A stretch of DNA of 64,000 nt, from positions 2,582,354-2,646,353 of the forward strand of contig OZ253504.1 in NCBI GenBank assembly GCA_965262235.1, read 5' to 3'. The DNA is from Dehalococcoidia bacterium (GTDB lineage: Bacteria; Chloroflexota; Dehalococcoidia; Bin125). This document shows positions 54,867-64,000 of the stretch, piece after piece (position 1 is the stretch's first letter; each line of letters starts with the position of its first letter). A model generated the notes under the pieces. It saw nothing but the letters and a program-made list of their open reading frames with translations, had not been told where the DNA came from and searched no databases. The position numbers and the translations under genes were made by a program.

Positions 54867-56018
54867 ATGATCATCACCCGCCTGGTGCTGGAGAACTGGC
54901 GCAACTTCCGCGAAGTCGACATCGCGCTCCAGCAGCGTACGTTTATCGTCGGCCCGAACGCATCAGGCAAGTCGAACCTGCTCGACGCCGTGCGGTTTCT
55001 CCGCGACGTGTCGAACGACGGTCTGCAGCGAGCCCTCGACCAACGCGGTGGCATCTCCAAGATCCGCTGCTTGGCCGGACGCCAGGCACCAGGCGTCACG
55101 CTCGACGTCAGCATCGGCGCCTCTGACGATCAGTCGCCGCAGTGGCGTTACCGGCTGGGAATCCGCCGGGAACCGACCGGGCGTCACCGAACGCTCGTCA
55201 CCACCGAGCAGGTTTGGAATGCGGAGGGCGAACTGCTGATCGACCGCCCGAGCGACCGTGAGCGCGACGATCCTGAGCTGCTAACACAGACGGCGATCGA
55301 GCAGGTGAGCGAGAACCGCGGGTTTCGCGACATCGCAGCATTCTTCAAATCGGTGAGCTACCTGCATCTGGTTCCGCAGATGATTCGCTACGGGGATGAG
55401 TCGCGCCAGGCGTCGTCGGGCAATGATCCCTTCGGGCGCGGCTTTCTGGAGCGCATCGCCGAGACACCGGAGCGGACGCGTGAGCGTCGCCTGCGCAAGA
55501 TCGGTGCACAGCTACATGCAATCCAGCCGCTGTTCGATGGGACCCTGGTCGTTGCCAGGGACGAGCGCGGCCAGCCGCACCTCGAGGCGCGTTTCGACCA
55601 CTGGCGCCCGAAGGCAGGCAAGCAGCGCGAGGATCAGTTTTCGGATGGCACGCTGCGCCTGATCGGCCTGCTCTGGGCGCTCATGGAAGGCTCCGGCCCG
55701 CTGTTGCTGGAAGAGCCGGAGCTGTCGCTACAGAACGACCTGGTCAGTCAGCTGGCCGCGATGTTCGCTCGTGTCGGCAAACGCGAGCGCCAGGTGCTCG
55801 TCACGACGCACTCGCCCGATCTCCTGGACGATGAGGGGATCATGCCCGAGGAGGTCTTGCTCATCGAGCCGTCGAAGAACGGTTCGGTGATCACGTCGGG
55901 CGCGGAAGATCTCTCGGCGGTTGCGATCTCCGAACATGGCGGGCATGTGGGCGACATGCTGCTCGCGATGGCCGTCAGGCGTGGCGGCGCTCAGCTGCCC
56001 CTTCGCTCTGCGCAATGA
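54867..56018 (+). CDS. ABC/OLD-family AAA ATPase (AAA_15/AAA_21-like)
   Basis: Walker A GPNASGKSNLLDA, signature-like FSDGTLRLIGLL, Walker B LLLEEPE, H-loop VTTHSP; 383 aa. Confidence 0.75.
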   Translation: MIITRLVLENWRNFREVDIALQQRTFIVGPNASGKSNLLDAVRFLRDVSNDGLQRALDQRGGISKIRCLAGRQAPGVTLDVSIGASDDQSPQWRYRLGIRREPTGRHRTLVTTEQVWNAEGELLIDRPSDRERDDPELLTQTAIEQVSENRGFRDIAAFFKSVSYLHLVPQMIRYGDESRQASSGNDPFGRGFLERIAETPERTRERRLRKIGAQLHAIQPLFDGTLVVARDERGQPHLEARFDHWRPKAGKQREDQFSDGTLRLIGLLWALMEGSGPLLLEEPELSLQNDLVSQLAAMFARVGKRERQVLVTTHSPDLLDDEGIMPEEVLLIEPSKNGSVITSGAEDLSAVAISEHGGHVGDMLLAMAVRRGGAQLPLRSAQ

Positions 56019-56593
56019 CGGTTCGCGTCGCGGTTGAAGGGCGCCTCGATCTCGTGGTTGTCCAGCGACTGCTGTCAGACCATGATCTCGTCGCGGCGCC
56101 GGTTCGACGGGCCCGTGGCCGTGATGCCATCTTGGACAGGCTGATGGGATACAACGTCGCGGCCGAACGCGAGCCGTGGTTGGTTCTGGTCGACCTTGAT
56201 CGCGATGTGTGCGCCGCTGAGGCTGTGCAGCTGTGGCTTCCTCATCCTGCAGCACGAATGACCTTTCGAATCGCAGTCCGTGCCGTGGAGGCATGGCTGT
56301 TGGCGGATCGCGGAATCGCGAGATTCCTCCGAGTGCAACCGCGCTTCCTCCCTGAAGACCCAGATGCGCTCGGCGATCCGAAGCGTCGCCTTGTACAGAT
56401 TGTGAGCGAGGAGTGTCGGTCTTCATCGGTCCGCTCAGCGATCATGCGTTCCGACGGCAGCACTCGTGCGGGGCAGCGTTACAACGAATTTCTTGCGGAG
56501 TTCGTGTCGAACGATTGGGATTGGCGCGGCGCTGCCCGGCGGTCCGACTCGCTTCGACGCGCCGTTGAGGCGATCGCTCGGATCGGCGGTTGA
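56015..56593 (+). CDS. small TOPRIM-like protein (DUF4276-like) coupled to the ATPase
   Basis: RVAVEGRLDLVVVQRLL (conserved Glu), LVLVDLDRD (DxD) and VRAVEAWLLAD fit a minimal TOPRIM/DUF4276 pattern. ATGA start-stop overlap with the ATPase gene. Confidence 0.5.
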   Translation: MTVRVAVEGRLDLVVVQRLLSDHDLVAAPVRRARGRDAILDRLMGYNVAAEREPWLVLVDLDRDVCAAEAVQLWLPHPAARMTFRIAVRAVEAWLLADRGIARFLRVQPRFLPEDPDALGDPKRRLVQIVSEECRSSSVRSAIMRSDGSTRAGQRYNEFLAEFVSNDWDWRGAARRSDSLRRAVEAIARIGG

Positions 56594-56680
56594 ACGAGGA
56601 CTCGGCGCGGGACTGGGGAGCGACGGCGGGCTGACGGGGCGATGCCTCTATCCTGAACGCAATCACGCACGCAGCTCCCC

Positions 56681-57625
56681 ATGAAACGGACAGCGAACAT
56701 GCCAGTTGACCCTGCCGCTCAGGTGTTGCTTGACCAGCTTGCGGAAGCCGGCGGGCCCGACATCTCAGAACAGACCCCCGAGGAAGCCCGCGCGATGATC
56801 GAGGGCTTCGCGATGATGCAGCTCGGCGCCCCCGAGCCGCCCATCGTCTTCGACCGCACGGTGCCCGGCCCCGCCGGCGACATCCCTGTCCGCGTCTACG
56901 CGGCCGAAGGCGACAACCTGCCGGTGCTCGTCTTCTTCCACGGCGGCGGCTGGGTCGTCGGCAACATCGTGTCGCACGACGGCGTCTGCAAGCAGCTGCT
57001 GGCCGAGCTCGGCGACGCGGTCGTCGTGGCCGTCGACTACCGCCTGGCGCCCGAGCACAAGTACCCCGCGGCGGCCGACGATTGCTACGCCGCGACGGCG
57101 TGGGTCGCCGAGAACGCCGACCAGATCGGGGGCGACGGCTCGCGGGTCGCGGTCTGCGGCGATAGCGCGGGTGGCAACCTCTCAGCCGTCGTGGCCCAGA
57201 TGGCGCGCGACAAGGGCGGCCCCGCGATCGCCGCGCAGATTCTGCACGTGCCGGTGACCGACCACAACTATGACCGCCCTTCTTACAGCGACAACGCTGA
57301 GGGCTATCTGCTCACGCGCGCCAGCATGGTCTGGTTCTGGGACCACTACCTGTCCAGCGCGGAACAGGGCCAGGAGGCCTACGCCTCGCCGCTGCAGGCC
57401 GACGACCTCTCCAACCTCGCCCCGGCGCTGGTCCAGACGGCCGAGTACGATCCGCTGCGCGACGAGGGCGAAGCCTATGCCGCGGCGCTGACCGAGGCCG
57501 GCAACGAGGTGACGGTGCGTCGCTACGACGGGCAGATTCACGATCCGCTGATGATGTTCGCGATCAATCCCGCCGGGCTCGAAGCGCTCAAGGAAGCCGC
57601 CGAGTTCGTGACCTCGCGCTGGTAA
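56681..57625 (+). CDS. alpha/beta hydrolase, esterase/lipase (HSL family)
   Basis: FFHGGGW and GDSAGG motifs; 314 aa. Confidence 0.85.
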   Translation: MKRTANMPVDPAAQVLLDQLAEAGGPDISEQTPEEARAMIEGFAMMQLGAPEPPIVFDRTVPGPAGDIPVRVYAAEGDNLPVLVFFHGGGWVVGNIVSHDGVCKQLLAELGDAVVVAVDYRLAPEHKYPAAADDCYAATAWVAENADQIGGDGSRVAVCGDSAGGNLSAVVAQMARDKGGPAIAAQILHVPVTDHNYDRPSYSDNAEGYLLTRASMVWFWDHYLSSAEQGQEAYASPLQADDLSNLAPALVQTAEYDPLRDEGEAYAAALTEAGNEVTVRRYDGQIHDPLMMFAINPAGLEALKEAAEFVTSRW

Positions 57626-57695
57626 CCGAGCGCTGGTAATCACGCGCTGCTAATCACCCTCCGGTAACCACCGGGGCCAGACGTTGGGCTGACCG

Positions 57696-58622
57696 ATGCC
57701 AATCACCGCTGAAGTGCAGGAGATTCTCAAGCTGCGCGCCGCGGCGCCGGCGATGCACACGCTCTCCGTCGAGGAAGCGCGCATTTCGTCCGCCGCCGGG
57801 CGTATTCAACCCGACCCGCCGGAGCCCGTCGCCCGCATCGAAGACTTCACGATTCCCGGCCCCGCGGGTGACATCCCGGTGCGGCTCTACTCGCCCGATC
57901 CCGATACCCAACTACCCGCCGTGGTGTACTACCACGGCGGCGGGTGGGTGGTCGGCGACCTCGACTCGCACGATCCGCTCTGCCGCGCGCTCGCCAACCG
58001 AGCGAACGTGGTCGTGCTGTCCGTGCACTACCGTCTCGCCCCCGAGCACAAATACCCCGCCGCAGCCGACGATTCGTACGCAGCCGCGCAATGGGTCAGC
58101 GAGCACGGCGCGGAGATCGGGGCCGACGGCTCACGGATCGTTGTCTGCGGCGACAGCGCCGGCGGCAACCTCTCGGCGGTCGTTTCGCTCATGGCCCGCG
58201 ACCGCGGCGGCCCCGGACTGCGCGGGCAGGTGCTGATCTACCCGGTCACGAACCTCGACTTCGGGACCGACTCCTACCGCGACAACGGCGACGGCTCGAA
58301 GGGGCTGTCGGAAGACGGCATGCGCTGGTTCTGGCAGCACTACGTCCGCACGCAGTCCGAAGGCTTCGAGCCCTACGCCTCGCCGCTACGCGCCGACACG
58401 ATCGCCGACCTGCCTCCCGCCCTGGTGATCACCGCTGAATACGACGCGCTTCGTGACGAAGGCGAGCTCTATGCGGATCGCCTCGAGCGCGGCGGCGTCA
58501 CGACCCAACTCACGCGCTACGACGGCGTGATCCACGGGTTCGTGGGCATGTTCGCGGCGGTGCCCGAGGGCAACACGGCGGTGAATCAGATCGCCGAGTT
58601 TCTCAAGGAGACGCTCGCCTGA
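57696..58622 (+). CDS. alpha/beta hydrolase, esterase/lipase (HSL family), tandem paralog
   Basis: YYHGGGW and GDSAGG; strong similarity to the upstream esterase (shared HYRLAPEHKYPAAADD). Confidence 0.85.
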   Translation: MPITAEVQEILKLRAAAPAMHTLSVEEARISSAAGRIQPDPPEPVARIEDFTIPGPAGDIPVRLYSPDPDTQLPAVVYYHGGGWVVGDLDSHDPLCRALANRANVVVLSVHYRLAPEHKYPAAADDSYAAAQWVSEHGAEIGADGSRIVVCGDSAGGNLSAVVSLMARDRGGPGLRGQVLIYPVTNLDFGTDSYRDNGDGSKGLSEDGMRWFWQHYVRTQSEGFEPYASPLRADTIADLPPALVITAEYDALRDEGELYADRLERGGVTTQLTRYDGVIHGFVGMFAAVPEGNTAVNQIAEFLKETLA

Positions 58623-58629
58623 GCGACGG

Positions 58630-59004
58630 CTAGTCGGCTAGCTGAGCCTGGAAGGCGGCAGCGTCGAAATAGTCGCGCCAGCGCGCGATCTTGCCGTCGC
58701 GCAGCTCGAAGACGCCGCAGACCTGCCCTGCGACCTCCTTGCCGCGCATGTGAAAGCGGTCGATGCGCTCGTTCAGCACGACATCGCCATCGACGGCCTG
58801 GTAGACGATCTCCCAGCCGCGCGAGGTCAGCCCCGCCACGCCGGCCAGCGCTTCGCGCACCGCTTCGATGCCCTCGGCGGGGGCCATCGGCATGTTGTGG
58901 TAGACGGCGTCGTCGGTGAAGTAGCTGGCGAGCGTGTCGACGTCGGGGTGCTCGACATCCCACTCCCTGATGAATGCAGTCACGACCTCTTCGGGCGTAG
59001 CCAT
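58630..59004 (-). CDS. SnoaL-like / limonene-epoxide-hydrolase-like (NTF2 fold) protein
   Basis: EEVVTAFIREWDV...YHNMPMAP...RWRDYFD pattern. Start trimmed to MATPEE. Confidence 0.6.
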   Translation of the reverse strand: MATPEEVVTAFIREWDVEHPDVDTLASYFTDDAVYHNMPMAPAEGIEAVREALAGVAGLTSRGWEIVYQAVDGDVVLNERIDRFHMRGKEVAGQVCGVFELRDGKIARWRDYFDAAAFQAQLAD

Positions 59005-59034
59005 GCCATTGCCTCTCGGTTGCAGGGTCAAAGT

Positions 59035-60087
59035 CTAGAGATTGCTCTGGGCCAGCTCGGCCATCAGCTCCAGCGCATCGGGCTGCTCGCTGTTGACGGT
59101 GACGCCGGTGATGTAGCTGTCGGCCCAGGCGCGGTAGCGCTCGCGGATCCGCGCCGGCGGGCCGACCAGCGACTGTTCGTCGAGGAAGTCGTCGGGGACC
59201 GCTTCCATCGCCTCCGCCTTGCGGCCGGCCATGTAGAGCTCCTGGATCCGCTCGGCCGCCTCGCCGTAGCCGCGCCGAATCATCGACATCTTGTGGAAGT
59301 TGAGCGTGCGGTGGCCCATGCCGCCGACGTACAGAGCGACGTTCGGCTTCATCTTGCGCAACGCGCTGCCGACATCGTCGGTCAGCTCAACGGTGCAGGA
59401 TGCCTGAACCTCGAAGTCGGACCAGCCTTTCGGCTGTCCGGTCTTCGCCTCGGCGCGGCGGAAGCCTTCTTCGATCCAGGGCACAAACAGATCGGCGTTG
59501 TGCGGCGTCAGCCCGAGCGGAAGCCAGCCGTCGGCGATCTCGGCGGTCAGCTTGACGTTGGCCTCGGCGCCGGTGCCCAGCCAGATGGGGATGTGCGGGT
59601 TCATGTGCAGAATCGAGCGCAGCGGCTTGGCCAGTCCGCTGCTGCCGGGGCCGTCGTACGGCAGCGAAATCTCCTTGCCGTCGTGTGTGACTGGCGCTTC
59701 GCGAGCGAGGATCTTGCGGATGATCGCCACATAGTCGCGAATCCTCGGGTTGGGCCGACCCCACGGCTGGCCATACCAGCCTTCGACGATCTGCGGGCCG
59801 GACACGCCAATCCCGACGATGACGCGGTCGTGACCAGCCAGGGCGTCGATCGTCGCCGCGGTCATCGCGGCGTTGGCCGGTGTGCGGGCGGCCAACTGGA
59901 TGACGCCCGTGCCCAGCCGAATTCGCGCGGTCAGCGCCGCCGCGTAGGCCAGCGGCGAGAACGCGTCGGAGCCGTAGGCCTCGGCGGTCCAGATCGAGTC
60001 GTAGCCGAGCGCCTCCGCGCTCTGAATCTGTTCGATGGGCAGCCGCATGTCGGCGCCCGAATAGCCGAGCGCGAGTCCGAGTTTCAT
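59035..60087 (-). CDS. LLM-class F420-dependent oxidoreductase
   Basis: MKLGLALGYSG start and TIM-barrel LLM pattern typical of the F420-dependent subgroup; 350 aa. Confidence 0.75.
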   Translation of the reverse strand: MKLGLALGYSGADMRLPIEQIQSAEALGYDSIWTAEAYGSDAFSPLAYAAALTARIRLGTGVIQLAARTPANAAMTAATIDALAGHDRVIVGIGVSGPQIVEGWYGQPWGRPNPRIRDYVAIIRKILAREAPVTHDGKEISLPYDGPGSSGLAKPLRSILHMNPHIPIWLGTGAEANVKLTAEIADGWLPLGLTPHNADLFVPWIEEGFRRAEAKTGQPKGWSDFEVQASCTVELTDDVGSALRKMKPNVALYVGGMGHRTLNFHKMSMIRRGYGEAAERIQELYMAGRKAEAMEAVPDDFLDEQSLVGPPARIRERYRAWADSYITGVTVNSEQPDALELMAELAQSNL

Positions 60088-60121
60088 TCGCGTCGTCCTT
60101 TCAAGTTGGCTGTGGAGTCGA

Positions 60122-60745
60122 TCAGCTCAAGGTGATTCGCCCCTTGGGGCCTTCGATGATCGCGATCAGCGCTGGCGCGTCGCCCTGCTCCACGCGCAGC
60201 TCCACGCCCAGCGCCGCCAACGCCTGCTGCACGGCCGCACGGTCCGGATGCACGCCGTGGAAGTCGACCAGGTGGCAGCCTTTCACGGCGGTCTCGCTCG
60301 GGTGCAGGGCGTCGCCCCAATCGATCATGAATGGGACGAGGCCATCCATCAGCGGCGGCCAGCCGCTGATGCTCAGGCGCCAGTCGAGTCGTGTGCCGTC
60401 GGCCAGCACGCGGCCCAGCGGTTGCACCGTGCCGAGGTCATAGCCCGCCGCTCGGGCCGCTTCAACCCGCTGCTCGATCTCCGCGCCGGCCTTTGCGCAC
60501 CAGTGCGCGACCTTCGTCTGATCGGTCAGGTGCATGCCGAACGGCAGCGGTCCCTCATGGCCGGCCTGCTGCGGATCCGGACCGATGATTTCGATGTAGG
60601 CGCCATCCTGCAGCGCGACGAGGTGGTTGTAGACACCGCGGCCCTCGAAGCGACCGCCCAGCTCCGCGTACACGCCCGTCGCCGCCTCGAATGCCGCGAC
60701 CGAGGCCTGCACGTCCTGCGAGGCCAGCACGATGTGGTCGATCAT
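60122..60745 (-). CDS. VOC-family (glyoxalase-like) protein
   Basis: MIDHIVLASQDV...YIEIIGP pattern of the glyoxalase-like domain. Confidence 0.6.
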   Translation of the reverse strand: MIDHIVLASQDVQASVAAFEAATGVYAELGGRFEGRGVYNHLVALQDGAYIEIIGPDPQQAGHEGPLPFGMHLTDQTKVAHWCAKAGAEIEQRVEAARAAGYDLGTVQPLGRVLADGTRLDWRLSISGWPPLMDGLVPFMIDWGDALHPSETAVKGCHLVDFHGVHPDRAAVQQALAALGVELRVEQGDAPALIAIIEGPKGRITLS

Positions 60746-61944
60746 CAGGTCGTCATCCTCCCGTGCGCGGCTTCAAAGGCCGCTTGTGTCTGTTCCCTGA
60801 GCTCCGCGTCGCTGAGCCAATCGAGCGCCGTCAGTGTCATTGCCCGAGCGGCGCGCAGCGTGGCGTCGTGGGCGCTGTCGCTGGCGGCGGCCGCGGTGAA
60901 CCCGGCGGTGTGATTCCCCGCATCGGCCTCGATTGCGTAGATCGGGTGCAGGCTGGGCAGCACGTGCGAGACGTTGCCCATGTCGGTGCTCCCGAAGCCA
61001 CCGGGCGCCGGGCCCGCGAGGTCGAGCGCACGCACACCCTCGCGTTCCGACCAGTGGCGCCCGAACAGGTCGTGCAGCACCGAGTTTGAGGCGAGGTCGC
61101 TGTAGCGCGGCCCGAGCCAGGTCAGCGTCATCGCTGTTTCGGTCGCCTCAGCAGCGCCACGGAAGCAGGCTTCGACGCGTTGGCACATCTCGTCAAGCAA
61201 TCCCTCGCGCGGCGCGCGCACGTAGAACTCCGCGGCGGCGCGGTCGGGGATGATGTTCGGTTTGTCGCCGCCGTGGTGAATCACCCCGTGAATCCGCACC
61301 TCGGGACGCGACTGCTGGCGCAGTAAACCGATCGCCTGGTAGGCCAGCACGAACGCGTCGAGCGCGTTGCGCCCTTCCCAGGGCGCGGCTGCGGCGTGCG
61401 CGTTGCGGCCGGTGAACTCGACCATGCAGGTGTCGATCGCCAGGACGGGCGGGCTCAGCAGGTCCGCTGTGCCGGGATGGACCATCAGCGCCGCGCCGAC
61501 GCCCTCGAAGGCGCCCTCATCGATCAGCCGAATCTTGCCTCCGCCACCCTCTTCAGCGGGCGAGCCGAGCACGCGGACGCGCCCCTCGATCCCGGTTGCA
61601 TCGAGCGCGGCCGCGAGGCCGAGGCCGGCCGCGACGCCCGCCATCGCGATGAGATTGTGCCCGCAGGCGTGGCCGATCTCCGGCAGCGCGTCGTATTCAC
61701 ACAGCACGCTGATGCACGGCCCGCCGGCGCCGTGCTCGGCCTGGAACGCGGTCTCCATGCCGTAGGCCCCGCGTTGCACCGCCCACGAGTTCGCCTCGAG
61801 GAAGTCCGTCAACACGCCATGCGCGTGAGTCTCTTGGTAGTTCTCCTGCGGATGCGCGTGGATGTCGAGGCTGAGCGCCCGCAGCGCATCGGACGCGCCG
61901 TCGATCGCTCGGGTCGCGGCCTGCTCGCCGCTCGCTGCGCTCAT
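60745..61944 (-). CDS. M20-family amidohydrolase
   Basis: ALSLDIHAHPQENYQETHAHG, GHACGHN and C-terminal M20 dimerisation region. Trimmed to the internal Met (M146 of the 544-aa track ORF) because the extension overlaps the SDR gene in another frame. Confidence 0.8.
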   Translation of the reverse strand: MSAASGEQAATRAIDGASDALRALSLDIHAHPQENYQETHAHGVLTDFLEANSWAVQRGAYGMETAFQAEHGAGGPCISVLCEYDALPEIGHACGHNLIAMAGVAAGLGLAAALDATGIEGRVRVLGSPAEEGGGGKIRLIDEGAFEGVGAALMVHPGTADLLSPPVLAIDTCMVEFTGRNAHAAAAPWEGRNALDAFVLAYQAIGLLRQQSRPEVRIHGVIHHGGDKPNIIPDRAAAEFYVRAPREGLLDEMCQRVEACFRGAAEATETAMTLTWLGPRYSDLASNSVLHDLFGRHWSEREGVRALDLAGPAPGGFGSTDMGNVSHVLPSLHPIYAIEADAGNHTAGFTAAAASDSAHDATLRAARAMTLTALDWLSDAELREQTQAAFEAAHGRMTT

Positions 61945-62759
61945 TCCGTAAACCAGCCGCCGTCGGGGTGAATGATCTCGCCGGTGACGTATGACGATTC
62001 TTCGCTGGCCAGCCACAGCGCCGTGTTCGCGATCTCGCGCGGCTGGCCGAAACGCTTCATCGGCGTCAGCGAGAGCACCCACTGGTTGAGCGGCTCGTCG
62101 CCCTGGATCGCAGCGGTCATCGGCGTCTCGATGAAGCCCGGGCCGATCGCGTTGACCCGGATGCCGTCCTGCACCAGTTCCTGTGCCAACACCTTGGTCA
62201 GCATCCAGACGCCCGCCTTCGAGACGCAGTAGTTGGCGGCTCCGGCCATCGGGAACTTGGCCATGATCGAGGCGATGTTGATGATCGCGCCGCCGTTGCC
62301 CAGCTCGACCATCCGCCGCGCGCAAGCGCGGTCGGTCAGCATCACGCCGGTGAGGTTGACCGCCATCACCTTTTCCCACTGCTCAATCTCTTGATTGGCG
62401 ATGAACGACGCCGTGCGGTCGGGTCCCAGCTCCTGCGCCTCGCCGCTCACGTACTCCGCGTTCGAGACGCCTGCGGCGGCGACCACCACGTCGAGCCGGC
62501 CGAATTCCGCGACGGCGCGGTCGGCCAGCGCCTCGTTGTCGGCCTCCGACGATGTGTCGCAGCCGATCACCACGGCGCGCCGTCCGAGCGCCTCAACTGC
62601 GGCGACCGTGTCGGCTGATCGGTCGGGCAGCAGGTCTGCGAGCAGGACATCGGCGCCCTCCTCTGCGAAGCGAATTGCGCACGCGGCGCCGATCCCGCTC
62701 GCACCCCCGGTGATGACCGCGGCTTTGCCGGCGAGGGCTCCCGTTGGTTCGTCCGCCAT
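61941..62759 (-). CDS. SDR family oxidoreductase
   Basis: AAVITGGASGIGAA Rossmann motif and YCVSK active site. Confidence 0.85.
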   Translation of the reverse strand: MADEPTGALAGKAAVITGGASGIGAACAIRFAEEGADVLLADLLPDRSADTVAAVEALGRRAVVIGCDTSSEADNEALADRAVAEFGRLDVVVAAAGVSNAEYVSGEAQELGPDRTASFIANQEIEQWEKVMAVNLTGVMLTDRACARRMVELGNGGAIINIASIMAKFPMAGAANYCVSKAGVWMLTKVLAQELVQDGIRVNAIGPGFIETPMTAAIQGDEPLNQWVLSLTPMKRFGQPREIANTALWLASEESSYVTGEIIHPDGGWFTE

Positions 62760-62979
62760 GTTCGCCTCCTGCGCTGCATTGCGTTCGGATTACACAAGCC
62801 GATGTTAGTCCTGCCCCTGATCGCCTGCACGTGCTTGCAGGAGTATGATCGTGTTGCTCGGTTCCGCGTGCAAGACGCCGCCCCCCACTGTGTGGCGGCG
62901 TGGAGGCCCTTGATGCCTCGTCGCCCACTCATCATCTTGAGCGTCGCGCACCTGATTCGCCTTGGGAGGCCGGTCACTG

Positions 62980-64000
62980 ATGCCTGAGTCGTCGTCCGAT
63001 ATCGCATCCCCGGTCATTGAGCGCGAACGCGTCACTGTGCGCTTCGCGGGAGACTCCGGCGACGGCATGCAGCTCGCTGGGAATCGATTCGCCGACGCCA
63101 CTGCCGTCTTCGGCAACGACTTCAGCACGTTGCCGGACTTCCCTGCCGAAATTCGTGCGCCCGCGGGCTCGCTGGCCGGCGTCAGCTCGTTCCAGATCTC
63201 GTTCGCGCAGCACCAGATCTTCACCCCGGGCGACGAGCCCGACACGCTGGTCGCGATGAACCCCGCAGCGCTCAAGTCGCACCTCAACGCGCTGATTCGC
63301 GGCGGCCTGCTCGTCGTCAACAAGGATGCGTTCACCAACGCCAACCTCAAGAAGGCCGGCTATCCGACCAATCCGCTGACGGATGGCTCACTTGACGGCT
63401 TCCGAATCATCGAAGCGCCGGTCACCACCGCGGCTGTCGCGGCCGTGAATGACCTGGGGCTCTCCACCCAGCATTCTGAGCGGACCAAGAACTTCTTCGC
63501 CCTCGGGCTCGTGTACTGGCTCTACGACCGCGACCTCGAGCCGACGCTCAACTGGATCGAAGAGCGCTTCGGCCGGGTGCCCAACCTCGCCGAGGCCAAC
63601 CGTCGCGCGCTGTTCGCCGGCCACGCCTACGGCGAGACGACGGAAATCGCCGACGCGCACGTGCGCGTACCGCCGGCCCAGCTGCGACCCGGCGAGTACC
63701 GCACGATCACCGGCAACCAGGCGCTCTCGATGGGCCTCGTGGCCGGCGCCCAACTCGCGGGCCTCGACCTCTTCTACGGCTCCTACCCGATCACGCCGGC
63801 CTCCGACGTGCTCGTCGATCTCGCCGCGCTGCGCAACTTCGGTGTCCGAACCTTCCAGGCTGAAGACGAAATCTCGGCTGTCGGCTCGGCTATCGGGGCC
63901 GCCTACGGCGGGGCGCTGGGCGTGACCGGCACCAGCGGTCCCGGCATCGCGCTCAAGTCGGAGGCGATTGGCCTTGCCGTGATGACCGAGCTGCCGCTCG
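62980..64000 (+). CDS. korA: 2-oxoacid:ferredoxin oxidoreductase alpha subunit (partial, runs off window end)
   Basis: VTVRFAGDSGDGMQ N-terminal KorA-type signature; GGGAGG RBS upstream of the ATG at 62980. Confidence 0.8.
   Translation, partial: MPESSSDIASPVIERERVTVRFAGDSGDGMQLAGNRFADATAVFGNDFSTLPDFPAEIRAPAGSLAGVSSFQISFAQHQIFTPGDEPDTLVAMNPAALKSHLNALIRGGLLVVNKDAFTNANLKKAGYPTNPLTDGSLDGFRIIEAPVTTAAVAAVNDLGLSTQHSERTKNFFALGLVYWLYDRDLEPTLNWIEERFGRVPNLAEANRRALFAGHAYGETTEIADAHVRVPPAQLRPGEYRTITGNQALSMGLVAGAQLAGLDLFYGSYPITPASDVLVDLAALRNFGVRTFQAEDEISAVGSAIGAAYGGALGVTGTSGPGIALKSEAIGLAVMTELPL

Noticed and set aside
60745-62379. 544-aa track ORF N-terminal 145 aa
   Set aside because: The extension overlaps the SDR gene (61941-62759) in another frame and is Arg/Gly-rich. 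The M20 homology starts at the internal Met, so the gene was trimmed to 60745-61944.
1-64000. CRISPR arrays, rRNA/tRNA genes, IS elements, integrases
   Set aside because: No regularly spaced direct repeats of CRISPR type, no tRNA-like cloverleaf candidates spotted in the intergenic gaps by eye, and no transposase/integrase-like ORFs. A tRNAscan/Infernal run would be needed to exclude tRNAs definitively.

Overview
This is a high-GC (roughly 65-70%) bacterial chromosomal window, densely coding on both strands. No rRNA, tRNA, CRISPR array, transposase or integrase could be recognised by eye. The gene content (F420-type luciferase-like oxidoreductases, two Uma2/DUF820 nuclease paralogs, many family-III CoA-transferases) suggests an actinobacterial or Chloroflexi-like organism, but that is only an inference. 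The core content is CoA-ester metabolism (six CaiB/BaiF CoA-transferase genes, three of them tandem two-domain fusions, plus acyl-CoA carboxylase alpha subunit, enoyl-CoA hydratase, a methylmalonyl-CoA-epimerase-like VOC protein, an acyl-CoA synthetase, SDRs and LLM oxidoreductases) and peptide degradation (S9 peptidase, Xaa-Pro aminopeptidase, PepN, M20). There are also three HSL-family esterases and housekeeping genes (coaE, tag, rmuC, korA, a Grx-TrxR fusion). Three lower-GC accessory islets stand out as candidate defence or toxin modules. The first, at about 2.6-7.1 kb, carries a 975-aa MmeI/PglX-like N6-adenine methyltransferase flanked by a PIN nuclease, a 304-aa unknown protein and a DUF2283 gene. 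The second, at 51.4-53.1 kb, is an ImmA/IrrE metallopeptidase plus DUF4411 cassette. The third, at 54.9-56.6 kb, is an ABC/OLD-type ATPase translationally coupled to a small TOPRIM-like protein. The window also holds two further PIN toxin-antitoxin-like pairs, a PurO-like IMP cyclohydrolase gene sharing a 34-bp perfect palindrome with the divergent carboxylase gene, a hairpin-rich element beside a CoA-transferase gene remnant, and a secreted HExxH-motif gene disrupted by two frameshifts. Coordinates follow the supplied ORF track; a few starts were trimmed where N-terminal extensions looked spurious.
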